From the NCBI RefSeq assembly GCF_002105155.1, contig NW_019028991.1, positions 496,001 through 560,000 of the forward strand: a stretch of 64,000 nt of DNA, given 5' to 3'. Positions 25,401-39,714 of the stretch are shown piece by piece. The translations under genes were made by a program, and so were the position numbers. Each line of letters begins with the position of its first letter. Positions within the stretch are counted from its first letter, which is position 1. The notes beneath the pieces are model-generated. The model was not told the DNA's origin, did not search any database, and saw only the letters and a program-made list of their open reading frames with translations. Origin of the DNA: Lobosporangium transversale. Lineage: Eukaryota.

Positions 25401-28400
25401 TGCCCAGTCAATCCAAGTGCAAATAAGAAGCCTGCATGACTACTGTCCAAGTTTTCAGGTCTGTTATAGGTAATCCACGACGAATTAACATCCTTACTGT
25501 TAGGAGAAATCCGAAGACCTGCGGCAACGCCGTTATGAAAACTAGGCCATATCAGCGCATGTTCACCTCCAAGCGATGCCACCTCCAGATCCATCACACC
25601 AAAGGTTGGCAAGACTTTCGCAGACAGGTTGATCGGCGGAATCGGACATTTTTGATTCAAAATTGGTGTTGCGGTCCCAAACGTGAAGATACCGCGTCCT
25701 ACAGGGAGGGCTAATGTCCGAAAAGCCATTTTACAAAGAAGTGCCTGATGCGCAGCACGAAGGTCGTCTTCTTCAGTAAGCTCAGGCATCTCCTCTGACT
25801 TCACTTTGGAGACAATAGACGAACGAAGCATCTTTTGCACTTCTGCTATACGCATGTCAGCTCCGAACCGTAAGTTTGTGATGTCTGAGTTGGTAATTTC
25901 TGTCCCAGTAGTCTCAAGCTCGCCTTCACCATTTTGATGACGTTTATTCTCGCACAAAGTATGAATGTCTTGTCTCTTGCCTTGCTCCTATTGATTCAAA
26001 TAGTTGGTATCAATATCATTGTATCTCATAATCCAAACACCATTAGCTTGTTGATAAATGAAATTTAAATGTTGTCAAGCTTGGGTTACACTTCTATCCT
26101 TGATAGGCGGTTTCATGTAGTATCCAGGGTTCTTCATCGAAGCGAGCTCTGCTAAATCGTTCCTACCGATGAATGAGAGGGCATCCGAGGACAAGTCTGG
26201 AGATGGATTCCTTCGACACTTCCAAAGTGCCTCCCTCAAGGGCACTGATACACCGAAGGGTAGTTGATCCAGCTGTATATTGGTGAATGACTCGCTTACA
26301 ATAGCCCTCACAGCTGCTTGGTCTCCGTCGTCACCGCTCATCAAAGAAGTGAAAAACAGGCTTATTTTTCGAAGCTGATCACAGGGGGTGGAGTCAAGGG
26401 CCGGGAAAAGTGATTGCTCTGGGTCCCGAAGCGTTGAAAGGGAGGCTAGTGTTGGAAAGGGTTTCGTCTCGTGAGGTCGCGTAACCATGTCCGAAATCCA
26501 TCGAAAGATATCAGGCGGCTCGTATTTATACAAATCCAATGGTAATGGATCGAATTCCATATACACCTCTTTGAACAATAGGATGAAGCGAGAAAACATT
26601 AGAAATGACTAACAATCATACATTCGTGGCTATAAAGTAAGGCAAAACGCTACCTGGTAACTCAATTATCTTATCGCTTTCAAAGATACGCCTAGCATAT
26701 GCATCTGTCCAAGTGCTCCAACGAACAACATGAGACATCAACATCAATAGTGGCCCCATGTCTCCTTCGTTGCAGGTTGCTAAGTTAATGTTTCGGTCCT
26801 CATAGACAAGGTGCAATGCCACAAGTATGTACTTGTAGAATGTGTCTAAACGTAGTGACCCCCTTGTTGCTGGCCCTCGGAAATGAGTCGTAGCCAGCTT
26901 CTGGGCCTCCACGACCATTTCTGTATAAATATTCTTTGTTGGAGTGGATAGTTTTTGTCGCTCGTATCGGAATGAAGGGTGTTTATTCAAAAGTCGATGC
27001 ATATCAGACTCCAAAAAGAATTTCCAGTCAGGATCCTCAACGAGAAAAGATTTCTTGGGTACGCCTGCGAGCTGGCGGCTTTGAATTTTTGGAGATGACA
27101 TGACCGGTTGAGAAAAGCTGGGGTCACAATACGAAAGCAACGTGGTCGTAAAATTGCTCCATTCATCCATATTAGAATCTTTGGAGTTCTTGTCGAAATG
27201 CAAACGCAGGAAACGATGCCTGAAGTCCCAGAGTATCTCAACCGGTAAAGCGTAGCTTAGGGCATCTAAGCACTCCTGCACTAAACTTGATCGAACAGTA
27301 AAATCGAGGCATACTCGCAGGATTTTACCATCACTAAGAACGAGGCTCACTCTATTTTCGACAGCATCTTTAATTTCCACAATCTGCAGGCCTGCGTTCC
27401 CGGAAGCACTAGTTTCGGTCTCTGAGGCCCATAAACCATCCTTCCTGCATTTCAAGGGATCCTGTATCAGGTTGAAATCGCACGGGATAACTTCCGCAGC
27501 GAGCCCTGTCCAGAGCTGAAGCGTTCCATCGCGAGAAAGCATCAAAATGTCGCGCAAATGCTTCCTTGTAGCTTCAACAGCCACTGCGGATAGAGCTGGC
27601 CTTGTCCATAATTGAACAGTAATTTGGTCCGCAATGATTTGATAGCAAGACAGCTTCTCGGTTTGATGGTCCAGCACGCCGATCACTGTTGAGCCGTCGA
27701 AATAATGGGCTCCAAATATGGTTGATTCACGTCTATTTTACGGTTTCATATCTAAGTTAGCATTCATTTTCATAGACAGAATGACTTTCTGGTCGAAAAA
27801 TAATATTTGATATAGCACTTACGACCACCCCTGGATATCGCTCTCGATCTCAAATAAATATGTGTCCGTCCTCATTTGCAGGTCTGTATGGTTATCACCA
27901 TCCACCGCAATGCTGTCAACAGGTCCAGCTTGAGATTGTGTTTTTGTGAATGGCAACGCCGTGGGCATGCTAGATGCATACCGCCACACTCGATGTCGCC
28001 CCAACAACAAATCAAATGTTACAACCGTCCGATCCGAGGCATCCATTTCTGACATAAACACACAAGTATTAAAGATATCACCTACAACTCCACCAAGATG
28101 TCTTATTCGAGGACCAGTCTCCATAAAAGTACTTTTTGTAGGTAGCACAGGTTTTGGCAACTGGTAAAGGGTAACGATCTGGAGCTCATTGAATGGATCC
28201 ATTAGCATGTAGAATCGTGGTAAGCCCGTACCCTCCATGCTTCCAGCCACTTCTTCACCAGGCTCTGATTTGCGTTCCAATAACAACCCTAAGTCCATTG
28301 CCCATACTTTATGTACACCCAGTGGTAAATGAACAGAAAATGATTCGCCGCTTGGGAAGTAAATCCTTGCAGTATCTTTGAGGATGATTACAAGAGCTTG

Positions 28401-28907
28401 CTGCCTACCTTGGCGGTCCGCTCCTGGATTCACGTTTGAATGCAATTGTTGTATGTCATCCACGTCCTCACGCTCTTTGTCTCGATCCCTCTCACGATCG
28501 ACGATTTTTTGGGATGGATTATTGACAATAAGCCAAGCAAACAATGTTTGCTGAATTATTTCATTCTCAGAGCTAAAATCCAACATTTTGCGGAGAACAC
28601 CACCCTGAGTCCATATGACCTTGGATCCTTTGATCACGACTTCAACATCATATCCTCGTGGACTTTTGCTTCTAATATTGCTTGGGGCTCGCTCTTTCTT
28701 GCTTTTAGGCTCTGTATCGTTGATAATACCATCGAGTGTGGGGGGGTGTAGGCTGTAGCGAGGTAAAATATATCTACCATGTGGTTTCTCAGAACTCTGG
28801 ATTTTATCACCAGGAACGTTAAGCTGTGTAGTTGATGATTTTGCTGGCTCCTTCGCTCCTTCCTGTTCACTAAATGGCAAGTATTCGCCTAGAAATGTGA
28901 TCTCCAT
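22478..28907 (-). CDS. APC1: Anaphase-promoting complex subunit 1; multi-exon
   Basis: LPFGVSVPLREALWKCR, GRNDL, RFGADMRIAEVQKML, RTLALPVGRG, WPSFHNGVAAGL, HAGFLFALGLTGHL (PC repeats), YGSHLAYHMALGLLFLGGG, DNRSHLQAFRHLWVLAVEPR. Confidence 0.95.
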
Positions 28908-29249
28908 ATTATGCTGCTCTTTATGCCTAGGGCAAATATTGCATGATTCCTTGTCAGTTAATTGTGCAGTCAGAATTCTCCATGTGTGTGGATGTTCAGC
29001 TTCATATTTTAAAAAAGAGAGGCACGCGCCGCGCGCCTGCTCAAAAGCCAGTCACATTATAGGCACCCTGAGTGTTGCCATGGTTTCGATCTGTTGCATT
29101 TATCATGTATTAAACCACATCGTGCAGAAGGCATCACAATATTATTTGAGCATAACCGCGGAATGACACGCGGAGTTGCATTGCTGGAGACCTATAACCC
29201 CTAAATAACTGGATCGCTCAATTTTGTCTTTTTTCAACACACATACATC

Positions 29250-31100
29250 ATGGCGGTGCCAGAGCCTCCACCACCGTCACTCATCTTTGATTTTGTTCAA
29301 TTTGACGAGGATGATCCTGTTGACATGGCATGTCGATGTAATTTGATTCATTCATATGTATGGTCTTATTCTTGTGGCGTAATCGCACAAAATAGTCTAA
29401 CTTGGGTTATTGCTATTATACCGTGCATGTTGCTCATTCTATAGGAGATGAGCCAAGCTTATAAGCAGCTCATGGAATCCATTCAGGGCATGTCCGAAAT
29501 CGATATTCATAACCAGCTTCAAGCCTCCGCCTCAGTCAGCATGCAAAAACATGCAGAAATTATCAATGGTTTGTTGTACGGTATTCTCACATATAATAGC
29601 AACTCAGGAGGAAACCCCGGCAGCACCACTTCCTCTTTAGTGGTTCCTGCACAAAATGGCAACAGTAACAAACCGACCCCACCGGATCTTTTTCGACATA
29701 TGAACTTTGTTGCGCGTGACTCTCTCGCATTTGCAGTCAAGCAGACGCGATACTTTTGTTCTCTCTTACATTTTCATAAAATTCGGCCTCAAGCCCGCGA
29801 ACAGATACTTTGGCTTGTGGGTCAATTGACTGAAATTCGGGTTCATGGTGTTGAGCAACTTTATATGATTCTACTAAGGCAGATCCGCGGCGGCGACGTA
29901 TCTCAGGCAAACGTACAGCATGCAGAGGCCATGCTTCGGCTACTTCAAACGCATCTCCAGCCTTGGGTATACTCAATTCCAATGCTAGTCGCCTACTCTT
30001 GTTTCACATATCTGAGGATCATGCTTGATCACGGTCGACTAACGAATCTTCGACAACAAGAAGCCATATTCTGCGCAAAACTATTAAGAGAGCGCTTCCG
30101 AGATTGTTCAGATATCGGGAGGGATCTAGTCAGAGCACTGCAGGATGTCGCAAGGATCAAAGAAATTGAAGAGATCTGGGTTGATCTGCTATACAGCCCG
30201 GAGAAACTGAATCCTCAACTTGAAGGCATTCACCAGCTCATGGCTATGCCATCGAAAGATATTTTTCTCGCAAGTCGACTGACATTTGACATGGAACACA
30301 AACTGCTTCATATTCTTAAATACGTAAGACACTTACAGTGCGTCCAACACTGCTTCCGGGAAAATTGGAGGGTTCACCCCTACTCACATGGGTACATACT
30401 TTCGCTATAGATTAACCTTGGACAACACAACAGAAACTTGCAGTGGCTCACTGAGAGGTATCTTACAGCACCTGAAACTGATGCTTTATATTGTGATATC
30501 ATTCGCTACATCTGTGGCGTGTATCATCCAACGAATGCAGTTCTCGCAAGCAGTATTGTACCACGCTACGTCTTTATTGGTAGTCTCCTTCGTAACATCA
30601 AGGTAATGACACGCCAGCGAACAGAATATTCTTCAGCAATCCAGGTTGCCATGCTGACAGTCTGAGTTTTGTCCTCTGCCATAGTCCAATGTTTCAGCGG
30701 CCAATGTCAAACTCGCACTATTTTACGATTGGTTATTTTATGATCCATCTAAGGATAGTATTATGAATATCGGTAAGTTGCCATATCGTCCATGACGGCA
30801 TGTTTGAAACGGTCAGAAGCACCACAAGTAAACTCAAATACATGTCTGAAAATGCATTAGAACCTGCAATGCTGCTCATGGAACGCTCAGTTGAGCGATA
30901 TCCATACATGACTGCCATCCTCTTGGAATTTCTGCAGTTTACGGTCGACAACTATTACCCACCCTTACGTGAATACATCCAAAAGCATGTCGGGATGGCA
31001 GCTCAAGCACTGGTAGAGAAGGGTGTTATCAGGTATGACGGTTGAACTTTGAACGCAGCGGACGTTGCCATGTAGTCCAATTATATTCAGATATTCTTTA

Positions 31101-31140
<40 letters not shown>

Positions 31141-34100
31141 GAATAGATCTTTTCGATTCATTTACCGCTCACCGTCCCTTGAAGATTACCCTCCTGTCCG
31201 TGAATACATGTTGTCGCTATTCCCAGCACAGCTCGGAGACATAGCAGAAAACACTGCTGGATCACTAATAGGAGGGAGTATGTCTATGGAGAACATCGAA
31301 GACCACAGCATTCCTACACGTTCTGGAAGCGACAACGATGATAACGAGGGTGTGGATGAATTCGAAAGCTCACCGCCTCACTCAGGTTTTGTTGCACAGG
31401 GAATCGCAGGGCAGGATGGAGATGATGATGATGATGACCCTGATCAAAGAGATGTGAAGTCAAGAAGTCAGTCCAGAGAGTCTTCCAGGGAACCTATGTC
31501 AGTGGATGAGCAGGCTATCAAAGATGAATATGATGACATTGGAGGGGAAGAAGAAGTTATGGAATCTTATACAATTGAATCTGTTGCTCAAGACGCAACA
31601 GGGAAGCCTCACAATGCCAGTGTTCTCGCTGATTGGTCATTTACAGACGATTTGACGTCGGGCACAACAGCTGGCAAGGTTGCTGATGTCTCTTCTGGAT
31701 CAAATCCTATTCCAGGAGCGTCTCTTTGGATTTTTGGCTCTAGTCTTCAAGAGTTCAAGAAAGCCTACGAAACAGATCCTGAAGCTCCTAGCACTGCAAA
31801 GATGTTTCGACATATCTGGGAGGTGTATGGTGATGTCGCAGGCGCTGGAGTGGAGGGGTCAGACATAGCTCATGAGATCGGTCAGGAAATTCTAGCATTT
31901 GCACATAAGGCAGAGATCCCCGAGTCCTATGTTTGCTCTGTGAGTGAAGATCAAGACGAAGATGCAGACGCTATGGAGCCGCTAATGTCATGTCTATGGA
32001 AGGTTACTGCAAGGGATGGCAAAGACGGCGCTTTGAGAGTTGCGCAAATGTTCTTGAGCAGTGAGGCCAACATCAATCCACGGTCGAGACAAATGGGGAT
32101 GTGGTTTTTGCTTGGCTTACTTCGTGGACAAAAGCGTAGCAAGCCTAATGTTAATATATCCGTAGAACAGGTCTTGCAACTCTATGGATCATATATCAGA
32201 GCATCTGTTAGACAGGATCAGATGGATAACACTGAGGAGAGCAACGCTGAGGCATCTAGTGATTCCATGACCCTTGGACAACAATATCTTTTAGCAGATC
32301 TCCATAATCTGCACAGTCGTCAGACAGCGATCTTTGATAGCTTGCTACCACTAGTGCTCGAGTATCTTCCAGAACTTATCCCTAGAACGGAGGCTTTCTT
32401 GAAATTGATGCTTATCATGGCGACACCGACTCAGATCTATCGGCTCTCAACAGGACTTGCTGGTCGGACTTTCTGGTTGATATCAACACCAGTGACCTCA
32501 AGGGTAATAGAACAAGAAGATAAGGAGAGTAAAAAGGGGACCAAGATTACACGAGCTATGAAGAAGAAGAATGCATCTCAAGAGAAGACTGATGAACTGG
32601 AGACTGACTCGCATTCATTAGCAGATGGAAGGAAACTGACAATTACACCTCAAGCGCTCATGGTTCTCGAGCAGACTCTGAGTTGGGAAACATATGAGCA
32701 ACTGGGTCTCTGGCAACTGATTCTATCAGAGATTGGCGGAGTATCAGAAGCCGTTGTATCTCTTCTTAACGCCAATTGGGTTCCCAACATGAATACAGAA
32801 TCTAAAGCAGAAGCAATGAGTGGTTTGTTGAATTTGGTTCGCTCGCTGGCAGTGATGCCGCCGACAGTCAGTCTTGGACGGGCGATAGCCAGGATTGCAG
32901 CCCAAACCGAGATAATATCTGAGGAGATGAGACAGTTTTGCGAGTCACATATCGCCTTATGGGCGAGAGGATATCCTGACCACGTAGCCGCCATTCTACT
33001 GTCACTCAGCGATAAGACCTCTGCTCCTGTAAACCCGATAATCGCGGCAACATTAGACTCATCTATTTCTGCCGATGGTGATCTCGAGATGGAAGATGTA
33101 TCTATGAAAAGCAAAATGCTATCCAAAAATACTCGTACCAAGAACGGAAGTGCTACAGTAGCCAAGACGAAGCTGACCCCAACTCAGAGGAAGGAACAAG
33201 CAACGCATCTGCGTGCTGTATTATCACTTTTACAAGTTTGGTGGGATGATATGGGTTTATCATTGTCATCATCATCAACAAAAGGGATGCCTTTGACATC
33301 TATGGCAAAACGACTGTTTTCACGGATATGGCCCCAACAAGTCCAGACTCAAGTGCTCGAAGCGTTAACAGAATCCTTCGGCACCAAAGAAAAGAACTCT
33401 TGGCCCGAGGAATGGTGGGTTAAAGAGAATGAAGACAACAAAAACCGACGAAGAGGGGGACGGAGAGATGGCAAGAGCGAAGATGATGGCGAAAATGAAG
33501 GGAGTGAGGACAATGATGGCGAGGATAGCGCCGATCAAAGTGACGATGATGAAGAGAAGGAAGAAGCCAATCAAGGTGGCGAGAGCGATGGAGAACAGAA
33601 CAGTGATAATGAGAAGAAGAGCAAAGATAAGAAACGGTTCGGAGGGGCAGCCTCGAGCTCGGCTGGATCGAGTCGTCGAAATAGTCCCAAAGTTGGTTCG
33701 GGTATCTTATTCGGCAGCAGCAATAGTGGCACTAAGAAAATCTCCACAGTGGGGTCTACACCTGCTGCTAAGGGTGTTTTAGGTTCCAGGTCTCGTGGCA
33801 AAAGTTCACCCGCACCATCTACCAGGAAAACACCAGCAAAGAGAGTAGTAGCGACGCGAAAACGAAAGATTTCAGAAGACGACGATGAAGAAGAGGATCA
33901 GCACGAAGACGAAGAGGAGGAAGAAGAGGAGGACGATCAGGAAGGTGAAGAAGAAGAAAATGAAGAGGATGATGAGGATGATGAAGGTGAGGATGAAGAT
34001 GACACAAAAATTAGGAAAAGGACAACCAAACGCCCAACAGAGAATTCAGCGAAGAATCCAAAGACTAGGCTAACTAGTCGGAACAAATCCAACACTATTG

Positions 34101-34141
34101 GGAAGCGTCGGATCTTGTCTGAAGACGAAAGCGATGACTGA
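29250..34141 (+). CDS. INTS3: Integrator complex subunit 3 / SOSS-A homolog with an acidic, disordered C-terminal tail; multi-exon
   Basis: [79 protein letters not shown] and [28 protein letters not shown] match the conserved INTS3 N-terminal domain. Also [16 protein letters not shown] in the C-terminal part. Confidence 0.9.
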
Positions 34142-34267
34142 AGCGTTGCAATAAAGACTTAATGACTTTTATTTCATTATACTACATATTTTACTAGTAC
34201 TATTATCGTTATAATTAAATATTACTACGTTTTTGATTAAATCAATTGCCCATGCATTAATTATTTA

Positions 34268-36836
<2,569 letters not shown>

Positions 36837-37008
36837 TGTTGAACTGTATAATGGATGAATAGAAAGCACTGAAACACTTTGGTTCCTGTTCTTTGTGCTT
36901 TATTTACTATAGTGACTGTGCACTGCAGGCCCATTAACGTCTTTCGTGTTCCACCTGTGTAGCGAACTTCTCATCTTTTCAAAGTAGAACGGATGTCCAA
37001 GCTGCACA

Positions 37009-38543
37009 ATGGCGACTCTGACGACCAATAACAAGATCAAGGATCTCTCCGCAGTCAAGATTCAACTTGAGAAAGAGATCTGTTCATTGATTTCAGACGT
37101 ACAAGGTCCGTGCCTGCTTTTTAACTGACGAAGGCAATATAAACATGCCGATTCGAGCACAGGCTATCTCGTAAGCTTGATCGTATTCCCTAGTCAGACT
37201 AATTCCACAAAAAAATCAACTAGAGCTCAACTTGTCCGTCATTGAAAGGGTAGAGCTCCCTACACCCCTGGAGTTCCATCGCTACGTTGCTGCAAACCGC
37301 CCCGTCATCATCACTCTCCCTCCCTCCACAACCACTATCTCTGAATCTTCTCAACATGTCGAACTTACAGAAGAAGGGAAACAATGGCTTTGGCCAGCCT
37401 TCGCAAAATGGACCAACGAGTACCTGTCCCACACCTTAGGATCCAAGGAAATTACTGTTGCCTGTACACCTAATGGCTGGGCGGACGCTGTGGTGGATGA
37501 TTTATATTTTGCAATGCCCTGCGAGAAAAAAATGTCTTTTGAGCAGTTCTTGGATAGAATGCCAGTTCGTACAAAAAAACCAAAGAACCCAAGCGATTTA
37601 ACTAGCCAAATGACAGGGAGTAAAAGTAATGACTTTGTAAAAGATAACTCATGCGGGGTCGTTGATCCATATCAGGAAGTGCACTATATTCAATTGCAGA
37701 ATGGCAATCTGATGGCGGAGTATCAAGAGCTACTGGGAGATATTCCTAGTGACATTCCATTTGCAAGCGAAGCCCTTGGCAAGAAACCAGATGCCGTCAA
37801 CTTCTGGTATGGAGATGAACGAAGTATTACCTCGCTTCATAAAGGTATTCATTCACCATTTATTTGTGAAAATGGCAATCGCTCTTCTCTCCGCCTTAGA
37901 AAATCATGTAAAATTTTTTTTTATTTCAAAAAACTAAATAATGGTGATTATCTTGGATAGACCATTACGAAAATATCTATGCTGTTATCACCGGAAAAAA
38001 AGTCTTCACGCTAATACCACCATCAGAACAGTATTGTCTACATGGTAAGATGGAGTCTTCGCACTTTCTCTTTTTTTGCTTTGTGCGTAGTTTTACATAT
38101 TTTTTAAATATTCGTTGAACCATTTTCTAGAAAAACATTATGTTGCTGCGACATATACTGATGTCAAGGATTCAAATATGTCAGCGTCATCCTCAGCCGT
38201 CCCTACAAACTCACCGCGGTATAAACTGGAGCCTTTGGAGCCCTCAACTTACACGAAATGGATTGCTCTTAACCCATCACACGAACCGAAAGAAGAGCTT
38301 TTTTCAAAATACCCTCGTTTCCGCTTCTGCCAACCCTTCAAAGTAGAGATTAATCCAGGAGAACTGCTATACTTGCCAGCAATGTGGTACCATCAGGTAG
38401 AACAAGAGTCCGATCACGAAGGCAAATGCATCGCAGTAAACTGGTGGTACGATATGGGCTTTGAAGGGGACAGATTCGCCACAGCAACTTTTATCTCGAA
38501 ACTTGTTCAACTAGTAGATCAAATAGAAGACAAATTCTCATAG
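37009..38543 (+). CDS. JMJD7: JmjC-domain 2-oxoglutarate oxygenase, JMJD7-like; 4 exons
   Basis: PTPLEFHRYVAANRPVII, TVACTPNGWADAV, YIQLQNGNL, PDAVNFWYGDERSITSLHK|DHYENIY (HxD iron ligands), LYLPAMWYHQV, IAVNWWYDM. Confidence 0.9.
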
Positions 38544-38721
38544 GAAAAAAATAAAGTGTGATGTTATACATGGATAGTACGGTAATGAAGGAAGAGGCTG
38601 TGCTTCCAGAGCGAGAGTCACTCAATTTCTATTATGTAAGAGCACCACCTCCAGAAATTCTGCGGATTCTGTGGCAGTGTTTCTGCATCATTTCTTTCTT
38701 TAATCACATTGATCCATCTGA

Positions 38722-39714
38722 ATGCCGCCTAAACCACGCCTTACTCATTTCTTGGCTATACCACTGTACACCTCACTGTCAGCTGGTCAGCTGAATGCCT
38801 CGCTTTCTCGATTTGCTGCAGAAGTGACAGGCACAGTTGTAGGTTCGAACGCAACTGCTGCAGTAGAAGCTGCAACAGACTTAGAATCTGCCATGGATGT
38901 GTTGTCAGGAGTGAATTCTTATTGCAATGGTGATATCATTGATTCTAAAACCTCATCCTCATGGATCCCAAAAGAAGCACTGCGGCCTATCCCATCTTTA
39001 CATTTGACGCTTGGCGTCATGAGTCTATGCACTTCACAGCAGCTTGAGGAGGCGGTCCAATTTTTAAAGGCAGTAAATTTGGAGGCTCTACTTGATGATG
39101 CTGCTGCTGTTGCCACTAGTGTTGGTACTATTAGTACTAACACTGCAAGTTATGATACTGGACGCTCGCAAAGACGAGAGCCAACCAAGAATAATCAGCA
39201 ATATAAGGGCCCAGTAGACTGCCAGACATCTCAACAGCAGCTAAAGCAGCCATTAGTCATCACACTTCGAGGACTTTTGCCTATGCAAGCACCACATTCC
39301 ACTTCTGTCCTATATGCAGCACCATACGATCCTTCGGGACGGCTTCAGACCTTTTGTGAGTCACTGCAGAAAATGTTTGTAGCAGCAGGCTTTGTGCTCC
39401 CGGACCAACGACCACTCAAGCTACATGGAACGATCGTCAACAGTCTTCATGCTCGTTCTTACAGAGACAGAGTGACTGTGGCTGAGAGGGGAAGTCGTTT
39501 GGACAGTGGTGCTCGTCAAGGAAGAAGAGATGAGAGAAAGACACCAAAAAAGCCGTTGAAGCTCGATGCAAGAAACTTGATCGAGAGTTGGAAAGATGAA
39601 GTTTGGGCTGAGGTCGAAATCGAGAAAGTGGCTATTTGTGAGATAGGCGTAAAACCGGACCCAACAGATGGTCTTATGAAGTATCGAGATATTGCATGGC
39701 TAGATATGCCTTAA
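38722..39714 (+). CDS. 2H phosphoesterase, AKAP7 / 2'-5' RNA ligase-like (ASCC1 C-terminal-like); intronless
   Basis: N-terminal THFLAIPL and two HxT motifs (LHLTLGVM, LKLHGTIVN); C-terminal LDARNLI...IEKVAICEIG. Confidence 0.85.
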   Translation: MPPKPRLTHFLAIPLYTSLSAGQLNASLSRFAAEVTGTVVGSNATAAVEAATDLESAMDVLSGVNSYCNGDIIDSKTSSSWIPKEALRPIPSLHLTLGVMSLCTSQQLEEAVQFLKAVNLEALLDDAAAVATSVGTISTNTASYDTGRSQRREPTKNNQQYKGPVDCQTSQQQLKQPLVITLRGLLPMQAPHSTSVLYAAPYDPSGRLQTFCESLQKMFVAAGFVLPDQRPLKLHGTIVNSLHARSYRDRVTVAERGSRLDSGARQGRRDERKTPKKPLKLDARNLIESWKDEVWAEVEIEKVAICEIGVKPDPTDGLMKYRDIAWLDMP

